The notes under the pieces were generated by a model. The model saw only the letters and a list, made by a program, of their open reading frames with translations, did no database searches and was not told where the DNA came from. Shown piece by piece: positions 39,176 through 54,234 of a stretch of DNA of 64,000 nt (positions are counted from its first letter, which is position 1; each line of letters begins with the position of its first letter). The DNA comes from Cenococcum geophilum (taxonomy: Eukaryota), in NCBI GenBank assembly GCA_050273025.1, contig CP158635.1, positions 6,510,001-6,574,000 on the forward strand. Reading direction: 5' to 3'. The translations under genes and the position numbers were made by a program.

Positions 39176-41652
39176 TTTGCATTTTTAAAGTCTTCCTATA
39201 ATTACTATTCTGGCTAATTTATATTAAATCCTATATATATAGCTCTATAGTAGAGCTATTATCCTCTACCTTTACTAAAGTATTTAAAGTTAATAATTTG
39301 TTTAACGGTTTACTCCTTATAGTTCTCGTCTTTATTCTTATCTTAAATTAGTACTAGTAGGGTTTTAGGCTATATCTACCCTAGTAAAGGGTTAGGCTAA
39401 TAGAGGTATAGTAGCTATAGGTAAAATATAGGCTATATCCCGTAGGTAGCTAGGGTAAGTAAAAGTTTTAGCTTATATATAACTCCCCTATTAATAACTT
39501 GTTTAATTAAATAGGGGCTAAGGTTTTTATAATTAAGTAACTTTATAGGCCTTTTTATAGAGATATTGCGTATATTTAGCTATACTTAGTTGCTAACACA
39601 TATCTCTAGTAGTGGCATTCTATAATAGTTAGCAAAGTAGGCCTACTTTACTTAAGCCTAAGCTATTTCTCCCTTATAGTAGTTAAGTAGATTTTTTATA
39701 TAGTCTGTATACTAGTTAGTAAGTAGCATCTTAAGGTATTTTCTATATAGTATTTTCTTATTAATAGGTTCTAGTGGCTCTATACTAGATTAGGGGTAAT
39801 AATCCTTATTTGTAAAGAATAGGGTAAGTCCTATAGTAGTTAAGATATAGTTATTTACTATAAATTTACTTAGTAGGAGGTAATCTACCTAGTTATTTTA
39901 ACTATAGATAACTATCTATTATAGGTATACTTTTTTATTAGTATTAGCGTTTTCTAATTATTTAGTAGTTTTATAATAAAAGGATATAAATATCTTAATA
40001 AAGATGCTAAGGCGTTAACAGATTTTTCTCTATATATTAGAGTTAAATTATATACCTTAGTTAGACGTAATTAAGTTAGGTAACCTATATAGTTAGTAAA
40101 CTTTATAAAGAAAGGTATTAGTAATATTACTAACGGCTATACCTTTAATTAGAATATAGTAGCGCTCTTTTATAAATTGGTATATTATTATAAGGATGTT
40201 CTTATAGGTACGGCCGTATTATTTATAGGGTAGTGGGTTAATAATAAAATCTATAGTAATATCCGCCTATTATTATATAGGTACTAGTAGAGGGCATAGT
40301 AATCCTTAGTACTTTATATTAAAGGCCTTAGCGTACTTATAACTATAATAGGCGCCTATAAAGAGTTTAACTAAGTTTATTATTTTTAGCTAGAAGTAGT
40401 ATCGGCTAAGAAACTTATAGGTTCCATCTCTACTTAGGTAGCTGCTTAATTAGAGGTTATAGGCTATTTAGATTAGTTACTGTTATAGATTTTCTAAGTT
40501 AGGGATAAATAGGTGGCCTCTATAATAGAGCCTATTTTTTTTACTTTTAAGGCTATTATATTAATCTAGCTTAAGCTTTAGAGGTTAGTAGGTAGTATAT
40601 AGGCGCTAGCGGTCTTTATAGTAATAAGTTAATATAATAATAGATTAATAGAGGTGTTATATACCGTAGTAATAAGCTTATTAATTGTAAAAGGTAACTT
40701 TAGTCCTATAGTATAAAGCTAAGGTATAGTTAGCTTTATTATAGGTAGTATACCTAAAGCTAAATTTTATACTTTTAGGATTATTTATTATTAGAACTAA
40801 TTATAGGGGTTACCTTTAAACTAAGGAAGGTCTTATAAGCGGCGTATTAGGCTATTAGGTTTAGTACCTTATACTCCTAGCTTATATATAATTTTAAAGT
40901 TAAAACTAGAGAGGAACTCGTTCTAATATACTTAGTATTAGTTTAGCTACTTTATAGTTATAAAGTACTTAAGGTTATAATGGTCCATAAGGACTTTAGT
41001 TAGCTAGTTAGGCTTTACTAAGGGAAGTTCTAATTAGAATTCTTTAAACGCTTATATAATTATAAGGAGTTCTTTATTATAGATCTTATAGTTATACTTT
41101 TATAGTATAAGCTTAGACGAGTAAAATATAACTAGGTAAAGAAAACCGTTATTACCTATTTATAACGGAACCTTATAGCAAGAACTACGATAGGTTCATT
41201 AATGGGCTAGGTGTGTAGGAAATGCAAGTACAAAAGTCAACAACGTAATAACAACTGGTGGAGTGGTTGCCCAATAGATTAACTCTAATTATATTCTAAG
41301 AATTACTATAAGGAAGGAACTATCTAGGTAGGGACTAAGGGTCCTTAAATACACAACCGTACTCCTATAAAATCCTTCTTATATATAATATACGTCTTAT
41401 CTATATTAAACGTAATATCCCTTACATTTAACGCAGTTAATACGTTTAACTATTATGTAACTCGCTTACTATTTCTCATTATATAGTTCTACCGGCTCTA
41501 TTCTAGACCGTGCCTAAATTAACTAACTAGCTTCTTCTGTCTCTTCTCTAAGTAGTTATAATATTGTACTTAAAGCGTCCGTAACACTATCTCCCTCCTC
41601 TTTATCTTCGTCCTTAAAGATTTAAAACATCTCTAAGTTATTTACTAGAGGT

Positions 41653-42330
41653 ATAATATCCGTTTAATTAATTTGGTTAATATTGTTACTTATTATACCT
41701 AAAGCAATTTCTTCTCTTTTTTAGGTTAAGCGTCGCCTTCGTACCGTCTCCTTAATACTATTACTAGGTAAAGTAATAGCAATCCCTTACTCTTGTTGTG
41801 CGAAAGAGGGGTTAAGTTACGTTATAATCGCGAGTCCTTTTAGTTACTAACCTTCCTCTTATTCTAAATGCACTCGTGCTAATATACGTTTATTATATAA
41901 CGTTTATTTTATATTTAATACTAAATATGCGCGACCTATTACTCTTAATAGTCGTCTAGTTCCCTAATTAATTTATCTTAGGGTTTTATGTTTAATCTAC
42001 TGCTGCGAAACTTAATAGTAAGCTGGCCTCTATACTGCTTAAGGTTTAGTATACCTTAAAAGAGTCTATATATGTCCTTAAAGCTTAATATTTAGCTTAT
42101 ACTTATCTTTAGCGTTTAAAATATATCTATAAGAAAGTTTATTTAAAGAAGTAGAAACTTATTTAATAAGGCCTTTAAGAACTAGGTAATAAAAGAACGG
42201 ATTCTCTTCTAATAGAGAAGGAAATAGGTCTAAGTAGTTCGGCAACTACTCTTCTTAGGTCCCCCTTAGGTAACTTATTCTTTAGCAATCCTTTTTTATT
42301 AATACTACCTAACCTAATCTCTTTTAATAC
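41653..42330 (+). pseudogene. Antisense Zn2Cys6-like accessory ORF relic of A3
   Basis: tct tgt tgt gcg aaa gag ... tct aaa tgc act cgt gct. Homologous to the A2 and A' copies. Ends are approximate. Confidence 0.5.
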
Positions 42331-42334
42331 TCCT

Positions 42335-45300
42335 GTACCTTTCCTATAGCGTTTTTTAAATTTTCTAGTAGCTTCTAGGTAGTCTTAGTATAGCCTATCT
42401 ACTTAACCTCGTACTATATTTCGTTGTTAATATCCTTATAATTAACGATCTTTAAAACTTACTATTTGTCTTTTTCTTATCCTCTATATATATCTGCTTT
42501 ATAGACCGGTAGCTTAATATTCCTATATACTAGCTCTAGCATTATAATATACTATATAGGGTAGATCTTTATTTTAGCTAGTAGGTTTAACTTAAATGTA
42601 ACTAGTAAAATCCTCTATATAATTTTAAAAGGTCCTAGTCTAATATAGTCTAATTTCTTACTTAGTCGTTAACTCTTAAAAATTTTATATAGTAGCTATA
42701 CTTTATCTCCCTCCTTAAGATCTAGTCCCTTAGATCTCTTAGCATTATAGTATCTTTTTATTCTCTCTTATACTTTCTTTACTAATTCTATAAGGTCTAT
42801 ATAAAGATTTATTAATGTCTTTATTCTCTCTTTAGCTATACTACTTATTTTCTTTACTTACCGTAGTATTAGTAATATTCTCAGCTTATATTTATAATTT
42901 GCCTTAAATAGTAATATACCTATCCCTTCTTAAGGTGTTGCATTATATGCGAACTATATAACTGGTAATAGCAATACCCAATTATTCTATATATAATTAA
43001 CATAATGCCTTAGGTACTACTTTAGTGTCTAATTTAATCTTTCCGTCTAACTATCTGTCTACGGATAATATATAGTAGAAGTTGCTACTTAAACTCCTTA
43101 CTCCGCTAAGAACACTTCCTAGAATACTACTATAAATCTTAAATCTCTATCTAATATAATCTTACTTAGTGCTCTATATCTTATAAACACTTCCTTAATA
43201 TAGATTCTAGCGATATCTTCCGCTAAGATTTCTTCTATACATGCTATAAAGTATCCCCACTTTATAAGCTTATCTACTATTACTAAAATTACGTTATAAT
43301 CTTATCCGGTAATAGGGTCTTTTAATTTTAGTAACTTAATAATAAAGTCCCATAATATAACCTCCTATAGTCTCTCTGGTATTTTAATAGGTTATAGCCC
43401 TCCATATAGCTTATACCTCGTCAGTTTATTCCTTTAGTAATCTAAACATTCTTTTATAACCTTTCTAGCTATCCTCTAAATTTTATTAATAATATACTCC
43501 TCCTAGAATCTTAACACTAAGCCCATAGCTCCATTATATCCTTAGGTTAGTCCCTTATAGAAGTCCTCCATAAACTACTCTGCTATGCTTCTTAAAATAT
43601 ACTTTACTTCCCGATTTTTGTATATATCCGTCTATAGATCTTCTAGCTATACTTCTAGAATTCTTTATACCTAAAATCTTTCTAGTATCTTATAGACTTT
43701 CTCTAGTTCTTTATTTTCTTAAATTGCTGCAATTTTCGGATAATTATACCTAATTAATCCGTCTATATCTTTTTGCAATAAAGCCCCTAATAGCTTTTCC
43801 TTATTTTATAGTTCAGCTTTACGGCTTAGAGCATCTGCCCGCGTATTATCTATACCTTTAGTATACTAAATCTCAAAATAGTATTCCGTAAGCATCTCTA
43901 CCTATCTAACCTGTCTTTAGTTGAGTTCCTTTATTATTAGGAATCCTATTAGGTTCTTATAATCCGTCTTAACTATAAATAGTTTCTTTATACCTTGCAA
44001 GAATACTTTCTATTTCTTTAATACTGCAACTATACCTAATAACTCCTTATTATAGATGTTATAGTTTAACTCCGGTAGTATTATCTTCCGACTATAGTAT
44101 GCTACTGGGTGCTATCTATCTTAATGCCTTTATATAAAGCATACCCCTAGTATATAGTCTAATACATTTGTTTTTACAACCGTCTCTAGTCCTAGTTAAT
44201 AAATCTTAAGAACTAGCTCCTAGGTAAACAACTTTTTAACCTTTTTAAAAAGTTCTCTTTGCTCCTCCCCCTATATCTATAGTTCTTCTTTCTTTATTAA
44301 CCGCGTAAATAGCTTAATATCCTTTAACTATTACGCTATAAACCTTTTGCAGTAATTGCAAAACCCTAAAAATAATCTTAACTATATAACGTTCTCTAGT
44401 TCCTGCTAATTCACTATAGCCTTAATCTTCTTTAGATCTATACTAAGTTAGCCTAGTTTAATAATAAATCTAATAAAATCGGTCTTCCTAGTAAAGAACT
44501 CGTATTTCTTAATTACTACTAGTATCTATTCTTCTTATAGTTTCTTTAAGACCCATTTAACGTGTTCTCCGTGTTCTTCCTTAGTTATTAAGTAGATAAT
44601 AATATCGTTAAGATATACCATAATAAATTCATCTAAGTATTCTCCTAACACATTATTAATACGCTTTTAGAATGTTACTAGTGCGTTTATAAGTCCGAAT
44701 TATATAACTAATAGTTTATATAGTCCTTCCTTTAACCTAAAGGCTACCTTCTATTTGTCGCCTTCCTTAATCCTAATCTAATAGTACGCCTATCTCAGAT
44801 CTATCTTTGTAAAGATTTGCGCATTACCTATCCTATCTTAAATTTCGCTAATTAAGGGTAAAGGATACCTATCCTTCCTAGTAATGCTATTTAGCTATCT
44901 ATAGTTAATACATAGCCTTAGTTTACCATTCTTCTTTGGTATAAATAGTACTAGATAACCCGCTAATGACTGCGATAGTCTAATATATCTCTTTTATAGA
45001 TTTTCCTGGATAAACTCTTTTAACACTCTACCTTCTTCTTTAGTAAGCTTATAGATTAGAAAGAATCTTAGACTTATTCCTAGTTCTAATTCTATTTTAT
45101 AGTCCTATGCTATATATTCTAACAGCTTTTTACTTTCCGGTAACTATAGTTTCTTACCATATTTATAGTATCTTTTTAGTATATAGCTTAGTCCTTTTTC
45201 TGTTTCTTTATAGGTTGCTCCCACTTAGTACTATACTATCTTAGCTTATTATTATATCTTATAGCATTAAGTATTTCTAATATTAACCTAACCTGTAATC

Positions 45301-48300
45301 CAATTAATCCTTAGATTGTATTCCTATAACTAAGGCATACCTAATACTACCTCGTCCTGTCCTAATAGTAGGATATTAAAAGACATCTTGATTTATCTTC
45401 CTTTAATAGTTATCTAAATAGGTCCTGTTTTAAGATTAATAATCCCTCCTCTATAGGTTATTAGATCTCCTAAAATTATAACTAATAGGTAAGGTTGCTC
45501 CCTTTATCTATAAGGTAGTCCCATTTTCTTAACTACTGCTAGTAAGATATGGTTTCGCATTACTCCACTATCTATTAGCGCTTTAAACTGCTAATCTTAC
45601 CAATTAATTTATAAATTTAGGTATCGTCCTTAAATTTCTTTAAGGGTCTAAGGCTCTACTACTAGCTCCCTCTAGTCCCATGGGCCTCTACTTTTCCTAA
45701 CTATTAGCTGCTTAATCCTAGTACACTTAGCTCGTTCTTTAGCTAATGCCTAGTTCGCTTTTTATCTTTAATATACTATAGACACGTATTTTCTAGGCAT
45801 TCCCACTACTATTGTCCATTTAAGCATTCTTCCGTAAGGAATCTTTCTAGTTAAAGTACTAAACTTCCTTTCTCTTAGACCTCTATTAGATGCCATCTAT
45901 ATATATATTTGGCATTCCTATACTATTACTTGTCCATTATCCAGTATATCCTTATAGGGTATTTCCGATTCTTTTCTTTTAGATTCTTATATATTTCGCA
46001 TATATCGTCTACATACGCAATCTATAATATTATATAGTATACTAGGTACTTTAGGTTAACTCTTAACTCGTCTTTATCCCTAAGTTTAAACCTTTATTAT
46101 ACTAATCTAAACGTTATAACTTTATTTGCAGGTACTAAGATGCGTCTCTTACTTCTCTAGTCCTCTAAACATTCCTCTAGATCCTTTAACGTTATAATTA
46201 AGGCTCCTTTAATATACATTATAGCCTTCTCTATAATTAGGTGGTCCTAGATAACTTTTTTATTTAACTATATATAGAAATCTTCCCACTCATTACTGTA
46301 TCGTTGTTTATACTACTTTTAGTACAGCTGCTGGAGTGTATACGGTCTGTCTATAAGGAAGTATCTCTTTATTACTACGTTATAACAGCCTTTAGTATAT
46401 CGTTCCTCAAACCTAGTAGGAATCCCTAGATCCTCTTCTTATTTTAGTTTGGTAAGCTACTTAGCTCTTAGTATACCTGCTCTCAGCCTATTAGTAATTC
46501 TTTGTACTAGTGCTCTGTCCTTTATATATCCCAATATACTAGATCTTTTATCTAGTTTCTGTTCTTGCTATGCAATAATTCTTTGTCTAAACTCTTTTAT
46601 AATTTCTTTTAGTTTACGCCTTACGCTCTAATCCTTAAAGTTATCTTACTTCTTAATCTTAGTATTAACTCTTTAATCTTTAGGCTAAACGCTATACTCC
46701 CTTAGTAAGTCTTCTAGGTCCATGTATCTGTTTCCCAGTCTGTTTACTATTTATACTATAGATTCTCTAATCTATAAAGAAGCTCCTAGCCTCTTATCTA
46801 TAGGTGTCCTAATTTATACCCCGAATTCTTAACCCCTTAGATTCTTTAATCCTAAGCTTACTTCTAACTTAAGCTTAGCCCCTACCTTAGTCTAACTAGG
46901 CTTAACTAGTGTCCTTATCTCGTCTTAAGAGTCCTAGATCTTACTCATCTTATCTTAAAAATCTTATACTATTAGGAATTCTTATCCCAAGCTCATTCGT
47001 ATATCTTTAAACTAAGCTACTACTCTACTCTATCGGTTTCTATCCGTTATAGGTCCTTAAGCTTACCTTATCTTATCTTAAGAATCTTAGTTATCTCTTA
47101 TCTCATCTTAAGAATCTTAAGCCTTTGGCCTTTTGCCTTTATCGAGTGCCGAAGTAGTTTACTATCCTACTTCTCTTACATCTCGCGAAGCGATAAACAT
47201 TGCGTCTAGTGGGGTTTCAATCCCTACTAATATTCCTTATTCTATAATAGAATTATCCTCTACCTCTAGTATAACATCTCTAAGGTCTACTCGCTCCTAG
47301 TAAGCGGCCCTTATTGCCTTATTATTACGAAACGTTTCGCCTAGGTTAAATTCATTATTCTTAATATCTAATCTGCGAACTAGTTTATTAGTTCCTCTAT
47401 ATCCTATAGATACTAGCTCTTATAGCTAATAGCTTACGCTATACTTAGCGTCCTTATAAATTCGGTATGCGTTATTATAATAAAACGTAAAACTTTTAAT
47501 TAAACATTCTTTTGTTCCTTATAGCACATTATTATCCCTTTATATATATATATTGTCTGCTAGTCTTATACTCTTTACTATATAGTAACTCTACCCACTT
47601 CTATAGTCTCTAACGTAATAACCCTATTTTCTATAATTTATATAAGCTCCTTTTTTAAACTATTTCTCTTATTATAGAGTCCGCCTAAATATCTTCTACT
47701 ATTAAGATCCCTGATTCGGCCTCTGCTCCTTAGACCTTTAATTACTTAATTCTTATCCTCTAGGTTTCTATAGTTTGCTCCATCTCTTATAGGCTTCTTT
47801 AGTACCACTTAGGTCTATTAGCTCTGCGCTATACTATAGTTTTTAACTTAGCTTTTATCGTTGCGTACTCTACGCCTTATATAACTATAGAACTCTATCC
47901 TAGCCTTTCTTAGCCTGTTCCCTTTAGTAGATCTAATTATTAATCTTAATTAACTAATCTATTAGTTCCCTTAGGGTATCCGTATCTTCTATTAGGATAA
48001 TTACGTCCTAGACTTTAGCCTTAAGTCCCTATTTATACTGTGCTATAAGCGCCCTATTATTCTACTCTACTTATATTGCTAGTGTCTAGAACTGTATTAT
48101 ATACTTAATTACTAAAGTTTATTACATAAGGTTCTAGAGTTTTCTTTCCGCTATAGTTATTTCTTCCAGGTTTCCAAATATCTATATTAGTTATTCTATA
48201 AATCCTTCCTAACTTAAGAACATAAATCGCACGTCTTAGTTAGTGGTCGTTATTTTATTTGCCTATATCTCCGTAAGGTAAGATTTAAACCACTTAAATG

Positions 48301-48646
48301 CTTTTCCTAATAAGAATAGTCCTATGTAGGCTATCCAATCCACAGGTATAGGTAACTTTACTCCTTCCTATAAGACCTTAAAGTGCATTTATATAAGGAA
48401 TCCTTTAAGCTTTAACCTCTCTCCTATAAATCTCTTAATTAATAGTAGCTTAATTTTTACTGCTCCTATCCCATTAAGTCTTTCTTCTAACACTATATTA
48501 TTAGCTATTAGCTAGTTAACTATTTCCTATAGCTATCTAACCGTCATAGGTTGCTATAAGTCAGTATTCACTATACTGGTATCACCTCCTGTCCTTAAAG
48601 TAGTTGCTGCCGTTAATGGCGTTATAGTGGCTGCTTTTAGTGGCAT
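42335..48646 (-). pseudogene. gag-pol relic of A3
   Basis: ATG (cat) at ~48644-48646 and RT YLND/YLDD relic at ~44595-44620. Colinear with A2. Confidence 0.85.
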
Positions 48647-51600
48647 GTTGTTTAACTTTTTATATTAATACTATAACTAGGTAGTAATTGTGTAACGGAA
48701 CCTTATAGCAAGAACTATAATGGGTTCGTTAATAGGCTAGGTGTATAGAAAATGTAAGTATAAAAGTTAACAACGTAATAATAACTAGTGGAGTGGTTGC
48801 TTAACAGATTAACTCTAATTATATTCTAAAAATCACTATAAGGAAGAAACTATCTAGGTAGGGACTAAGGGTCCTTAAATACACAACCGTACTCCTATGA
48901 AATCCTTCTTATACGTAATGTACGTCTTATCTGTATTAAACGTAACGTCCCTTATGTTTAACGCAGCCAATACGTTTAACCATTATGTGACTCGCTTATT
49001 ATTCCTCGTTATATGGTTCTACCGGCTCCATTCTGGACTGTGCCTAAATTAACTAACTAGCTTCTTCCGTCTCTTCTCCAAGTAGTTATAACATTGTACT
49101 TAAAGCGTCCGTAACACTATTTAGGAAAAATACCTATATTAGCGTAGTCTAAGGAGTTAGTTTTAAGATAGAGTTATTATCCTAGTATAAAGTAAGCTAG
49201 AATAGGTGCTTTAGTAAAGGCATTTTTAAGGTCTTAGAACGCCTTCTTATATTTAAACGTCTAGGTAAAGCATAGGTGCGTTTTTTTCCTTTTATAAAAA
49301 GGCCATTTATTTATATTATTACTATAACTAATACTACTACGTCTAAGAAGTTATATATAAATTTCTAATAGAAGTTAGTAAAACTAAGAAAGGCTTATAC
49401 ATCCTTAATACAGTTAGGGGCTTACTATTTAGTAATTATATATACCTTTTTAGGGTCTATATAGATACCCTTAGTAGTAATAATTAGTTTAAGGTATTTT
49501 ACTTCTATAACTAAAATTATATATATATTTTTTAAATTAATATAAAGTCCTACGTTCTTAAGGCGTTATAGGACCTTTTAAATATATTTAGTATACTTAA
49601 AAGGGTTATTACTATAAATAAGTATATTATCTAGATACGTAGAGCAGAAATTATTAAGGTAGTCCTATAAGGCGTTATTAATATAGTATTAGAAGGTGCC
49701 TAGGCCGTTATATACACTAAAGGGTATAATAGTATATTTAAATTGGCTAAAGCGTAATATAAATACAGTTTTCTATTTATTACCTTTTTATATTTAGAGG
49801 TAGTTAAAGGCGGCGATAATATTAAGCTTAGTATAGATTTTGGCTTAACTAAGCCGCTTAAGGGTCTTACGTATAAGCGGTACTAGGTATTAGTTTTTAA
49901 TTATAATAGCGTTAAGTCCTCTATAGTTAATATAGAATTAAATACCTCCTTTTAGCTTCTTAATAAGAAGAATAGGGGTAGCTACTAGTAATATACTGGG
50001 ACAAATAAATCCTTTATTAAGGTGCTTGTTAATATACTTTTTTATAACTAAAAGTTTATTTTTTAATATTAGGTAGAGTCTTTTATAAAGTAGCATTTTT
50101 CCTTATTTAATATTAATAGTATAGTTATTAGGTTAATATAGGGGGAGTATATCTACGCCCTTTTATAAGTATATATTAGTAAAGTTATAATACCTCTTAG
50201 GGAGAAGCTTATGGAGTTTTTTATTAGTAAGTCCTTTTTTAAACTTTATAACCTTTTTAAAGTCTAAAGGTAAAAGTCTATAAAGTTCCGTAAAGGCATT
50301 ATTTTTTAAAAGGTTAATTATATTTATTCTATTATTATAAAGGACGTAGTTTTATTCTTTATTAAGCTTATATAATTATAATTAGGAAGCTATAATAACG
50401 GTCTAGCCTTTCTTATATACTATATAGTAGAAGGCTAGAGCACTTATATAGTAGTAGTTAGTTATAGGTAGGGTAATAAGGGGTTTCTTAGGTTAATATC
50501 CTAGGGAGTAAATAAAGGCGGTTAGGCTATATCCTAGGTAAGTCTTTTTATAGTATTTAAAATTAAAGGTTACTTTTCTCTTCTTCTAGTTAATAGTAAG
50601 GTTATATTATAAGGATAATAAAGTAGTTAGTAAGTAGTATAATATAGGCCTAAAGTTCTTTCTAGTGCCTGTTTATATTTAGGTAGAGTTATACTATATA
50701 GGTAATCTTCTATATAGTATAACTGCTATTAGCAAGTTATTAGGCGCGGGCTTTAGTAAGGGGCAAGGTAAGTAGGCTATAAGTATATATAAATTAGGTA
50801 TCTATAAATTTATTAATAGCTCTATAATTAATTATAAAACGGCTTTTATATTATTTTTTAGTAGTAGTTCCTATTATAGGTAAAACTATTTATTTCTATT
50901 TATTTATTTTTACTAAGTTATCTATTAAGTAAGCTAATATATAAATCCCTCTATTATTAGGGTGTCTTAACCTATAACTTAGAGCTAGAACTTAGCGTTT
51001 TCCGCTTTTATATTTAACTCTACCGCTATTACTGCGTCTTTATTTTATATAGTAGTAGTATATAATAATATATTTAGTATTTAGGGTATTAAGTTAGGTA
51101 TTAGGCAGCAGCTACTAAACCTAGCTATTAAGTAGTTTAGGCTATTATAATAGCAGCCTTTTTAATAGCATTTATAGCAGCATCCTAGTTTTTAAAGTAG
51201 CTCGCGCTCTCTATTTAGGAGTTTTTACAGAAAGGTTAGTATAAAGAGGTTAATATTAGCTCTAGTGGTATTTAAGGTAGTAGGCGTTAGTGGCTTAGTA
51301 TATATAGGTTTAGTAGGTCTAAAGGGCTTCTATAGGGAGATATTTAGGTAAAAGTTAGTAATAGCAATCTAATTTAGTTATTATTTAATCTTTTATAGGG
51401 CTACTACTATATTATAAATATTATTATAGTTATAGCTAGCGGCTGCATAACTAAGGTAATAAGTAACTTTTTTAAGGAGATTTTCCTAGTCTTTAGTATT
51501 ATCTTTAGGTAAGGGCTCTAGTATATTTTTAAAATTTAATATAAAACTTATTAAATAATTTAATAGGGCTTATCTTTAGGGTATATAATTTAGCTTAGTT

Positions 51601-52709
51601 AGTGGCTAGTAGGTTATAGTTACGGTATATTAGGTTAAGATTATTTAGGACTTCTTAGTAGGACTATTACTTTTAGGGGCTACTAGTCTCCTATTAGACA
51701 AAGAGTCTATTAAATAGTATACCCTTTATTTGCCTAATAATATAGCTAATTTTAGTGTCTTTTATAGGAAAAATGTAGGTATTCTAAGTTAGTTTCTCGC
51801 AGATTTATATTTTTTAGTAGCTATATTTCTTACGGTCTCCCTAAAAAACTAGGGGATTAAAATAGCGTATATTAAACCCTATAGTGGCAGCTTAGGTCTA
51901 ATTATTATAGCTTTTATTATCGCTACTTTAGTAGAGGTTCTTATTAGGTAAAGCTGCTTAGCGCTAACCCTTTATTAAGCGTTAAGTAGGTAAAGTTACT
52001 AGGGGCGTAAAGACTTAGGTGGCGTTATATATAGTAAAGAGGTATCTAGCGTTATTATAAATATGCTTATTAAGCTAAGATTATAAGTATTTAATTATAC
52101 CTTTTTTTGGTAACTATAGTAATTAGTATAATCTTAGCCTTCTTTAACTATTAGACGTCGCGTTTAGACATATAGAGGTTATCTTTAGTTTCTTAATATG
52201 TATTATTAGCGAGCGCTTTATAAGCCTATAGGTCTTAGATAATATCGCGATCTTAAGCAGTATATATTTTAGCTTATGTAAGCTTTAGGTAGTAGTTCTA
52301 TAAAAGGCAATAGTATTTATTAGGTTTTTATACTACTATTTTTATAAATATCTTAGCGTTTTATATTTTAATTTTAATAAATAATAGCTTTTCTATTTAC
52401 TTATCCGTAGTTATATAGTTAATAAAAGATAAGATATTATTAGTGTCTATCTCTTTAGGGGTTAAGGCTAGGGCTAATAAATTGGATTCTCCTAGGATTA
52501 ATTAGCGTTGTAAGTTAAGTATAGGTATTAGATTATTCTTTAGGTTTAATATAGTAGCTAGTAAGGAATATTGTCTTACTATTATAGGTTCCTTAGAAGT
52601 ATAAAGTAAGGTAATTTATAGATATGCTGCTTTTAGCAGCGCCTATAGTATTATAGAGACGTAAAATTAGTTATAGGCTAAGTGTTAGTAGTAAAAAGGC
52701 GTAATGTAA

Positions 52710-52902
52710 TGTTATAAGATGGGGGCAGTGGCTATAAAGCGTATGTATTTGAGGAGTCTATAAGACATTGCGCGATCGATCGTAAGGGTTAAGGGCGTAA
52801 GGAGGTAATATACCTACGCGTAGCTAATATAAGCTGTACGTAAGGTATATGCGAGAGCACGGGGCTCTCCTATAGAGGCCCCTGCGGTAGGGTTCCGTAA
52901 CA
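52710..52902 (-). repeat. 5' LTR of the minus-strand family C copy
   Basis: tgttataag...ccgtaaca, 193 bp. Confidence 0.88.
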
Positions 52903-54080
52903 TTTATATTCTACTAGTAGATAAAGGTATTAAATATCTACTTTAGTTGTTGTTAATAATAAAGGCTAGGTAGTATGCTATAGTTTAGTATTACTACTAC
53001 TAGAATAACTAATAAACTTAATCTATATATAATAAGTATATATTGCGCATATGCCGGCTATATACGTACTCTATATTAAAAAAACATTGTTAATCTGCTT
53101 TTACTATATATACGTTTTTATATACTAGGGTAGATATACTACTACTATAATTATAGAATACTGTAGTAGTAACTGTATATTATAAGTATATATTTAAGAT
53201 ATATAAACAATACTTACTTCTTTATACTTTACTTAAGCTTTTTATTAATCTCTACAGCCTAGTATAGATAACTACTACGCTTTTAGAGGTTATTAATTAA
53301 TGTAAACTTAACCCTATTATATATGGGGTATATATAAAGGATGTCCTTATAGGCCTACTCGTAATGTCTAATACCGCTATATTTAAATGCTTAATAAAAT
53401 GCTTTTTTACTCTCCCGATTATTTTCTCTAAGAAGCTATAGTTATATAATTTTAGGGTTACCAGTTTTATAGAATAAAAATTAAATCTACTAGAGGTATA
53501 AGTATAGTATATGCCTGGTATATATATCGCTTACCTTTAATATATACTGCTTAATAACCTTATATACTATTTCCTTATCTACATCTATAGATAATAAAGG
53601 TGTTGCTTTATAGATAAAGTATATAATTCCTTTTTTCCTAGTTTCTGGATATTCTGGTATTATAATATAGTCTATTACCTCTTAGATAATAATTTAATGC
53701 TTACTATAGAAGCTAATAAGTGCTCTATAGTCTTAAGGTGTGCTCTAGCTATATTAAGCATATATATAGCCTATATATAGCCTATATATAATATCGCGCA
53801 GAGTCTTACCTTAGAGAGACCTATATAAAATAGAAGCCGCTATTATATACTATCTTAACCCTTAATCTTCTTATCCTCCTTATCTTTATTATCTTTAATA
53901 CTCTCTCTACTTATTATATTATCTTTAGAACTATTGTCTTTATATTTAATATTAGGTGTAATATAGGCTATCTATGTATACTTAGCATATGCGTAGCATA
54001 TAGTTATAGACATTAACCAGCAGGCCGTTTAACTACCTTGCTATACTCTTGTTCGCTTTAGTATAGTTTTTACTTATTAA
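52903..54080 (-). pseudogene. Unidentified RIP-degraded coding relic, possibly from a DNA transposon
   Basis: The minus strand shows an acidic stretch at ~53860-53950 and a readable 'IDYIIIPEYPET' at ~53640-53680. It is RIPped, so probably repeat-derived. Family not recognised. Confidence 0.35.
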
Positions 54081-54234
54081 CCTGAGGTACGAGTGGTCTA
54101 TATATTCGGGTCCTAGAATTCAAACCCCCGCCAAGCCAGCTTTTAATTGGTTGGAAAATAGCTTCTAATTGGTTAGAAAAAAACTTACGCGCGGTAAGTT
54201 ATGGCAGAATCTACGTGATAAACTTTAAAACATT

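Larger units (their letters stand above)
41161..49116 (-). mobile_element. Complete Ty3/Gypsy chromovirus, family A, copy A3 (7956 bp, RIP-degraded)
   Basis: 426-bp LTRs at 41161-41586 and 48691-49116, TSD CTATT (41156-41160 / 49117-49121). Same length as A2 and colinear with it. Confidence 0.96.
39176..52902 (-). mobile_element. Ty3/Gypsy family C copy on the minus strand (5' LTR, gag, pol to chromodomain), interrupted by A3 and by the plus-strand C copy
   Basis: 5' LTR at 52710-52902. RT 'FCS.YLD(D)IL' at ~49622-49650, RNase H at ~40900-41150 and 49122-49210, integrase at ~39700-40500. Confidence 0.88.

Noticed and set aside
31247..39315. ~140-bp inverted repeat (31247-31385 vs ~39176-39315)
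   Set aside because: Explained by the chromodomain region being present in both the plus- and minus-strand family C copies.
38983..52902. Apparent 14-kb element with 193-bp terminal inverted repeats
   Set aside because: The repeats are LTRs of two oppositely oriented family C copies. One follows a PPT and the other precedes gag, and there is no shared TSD.
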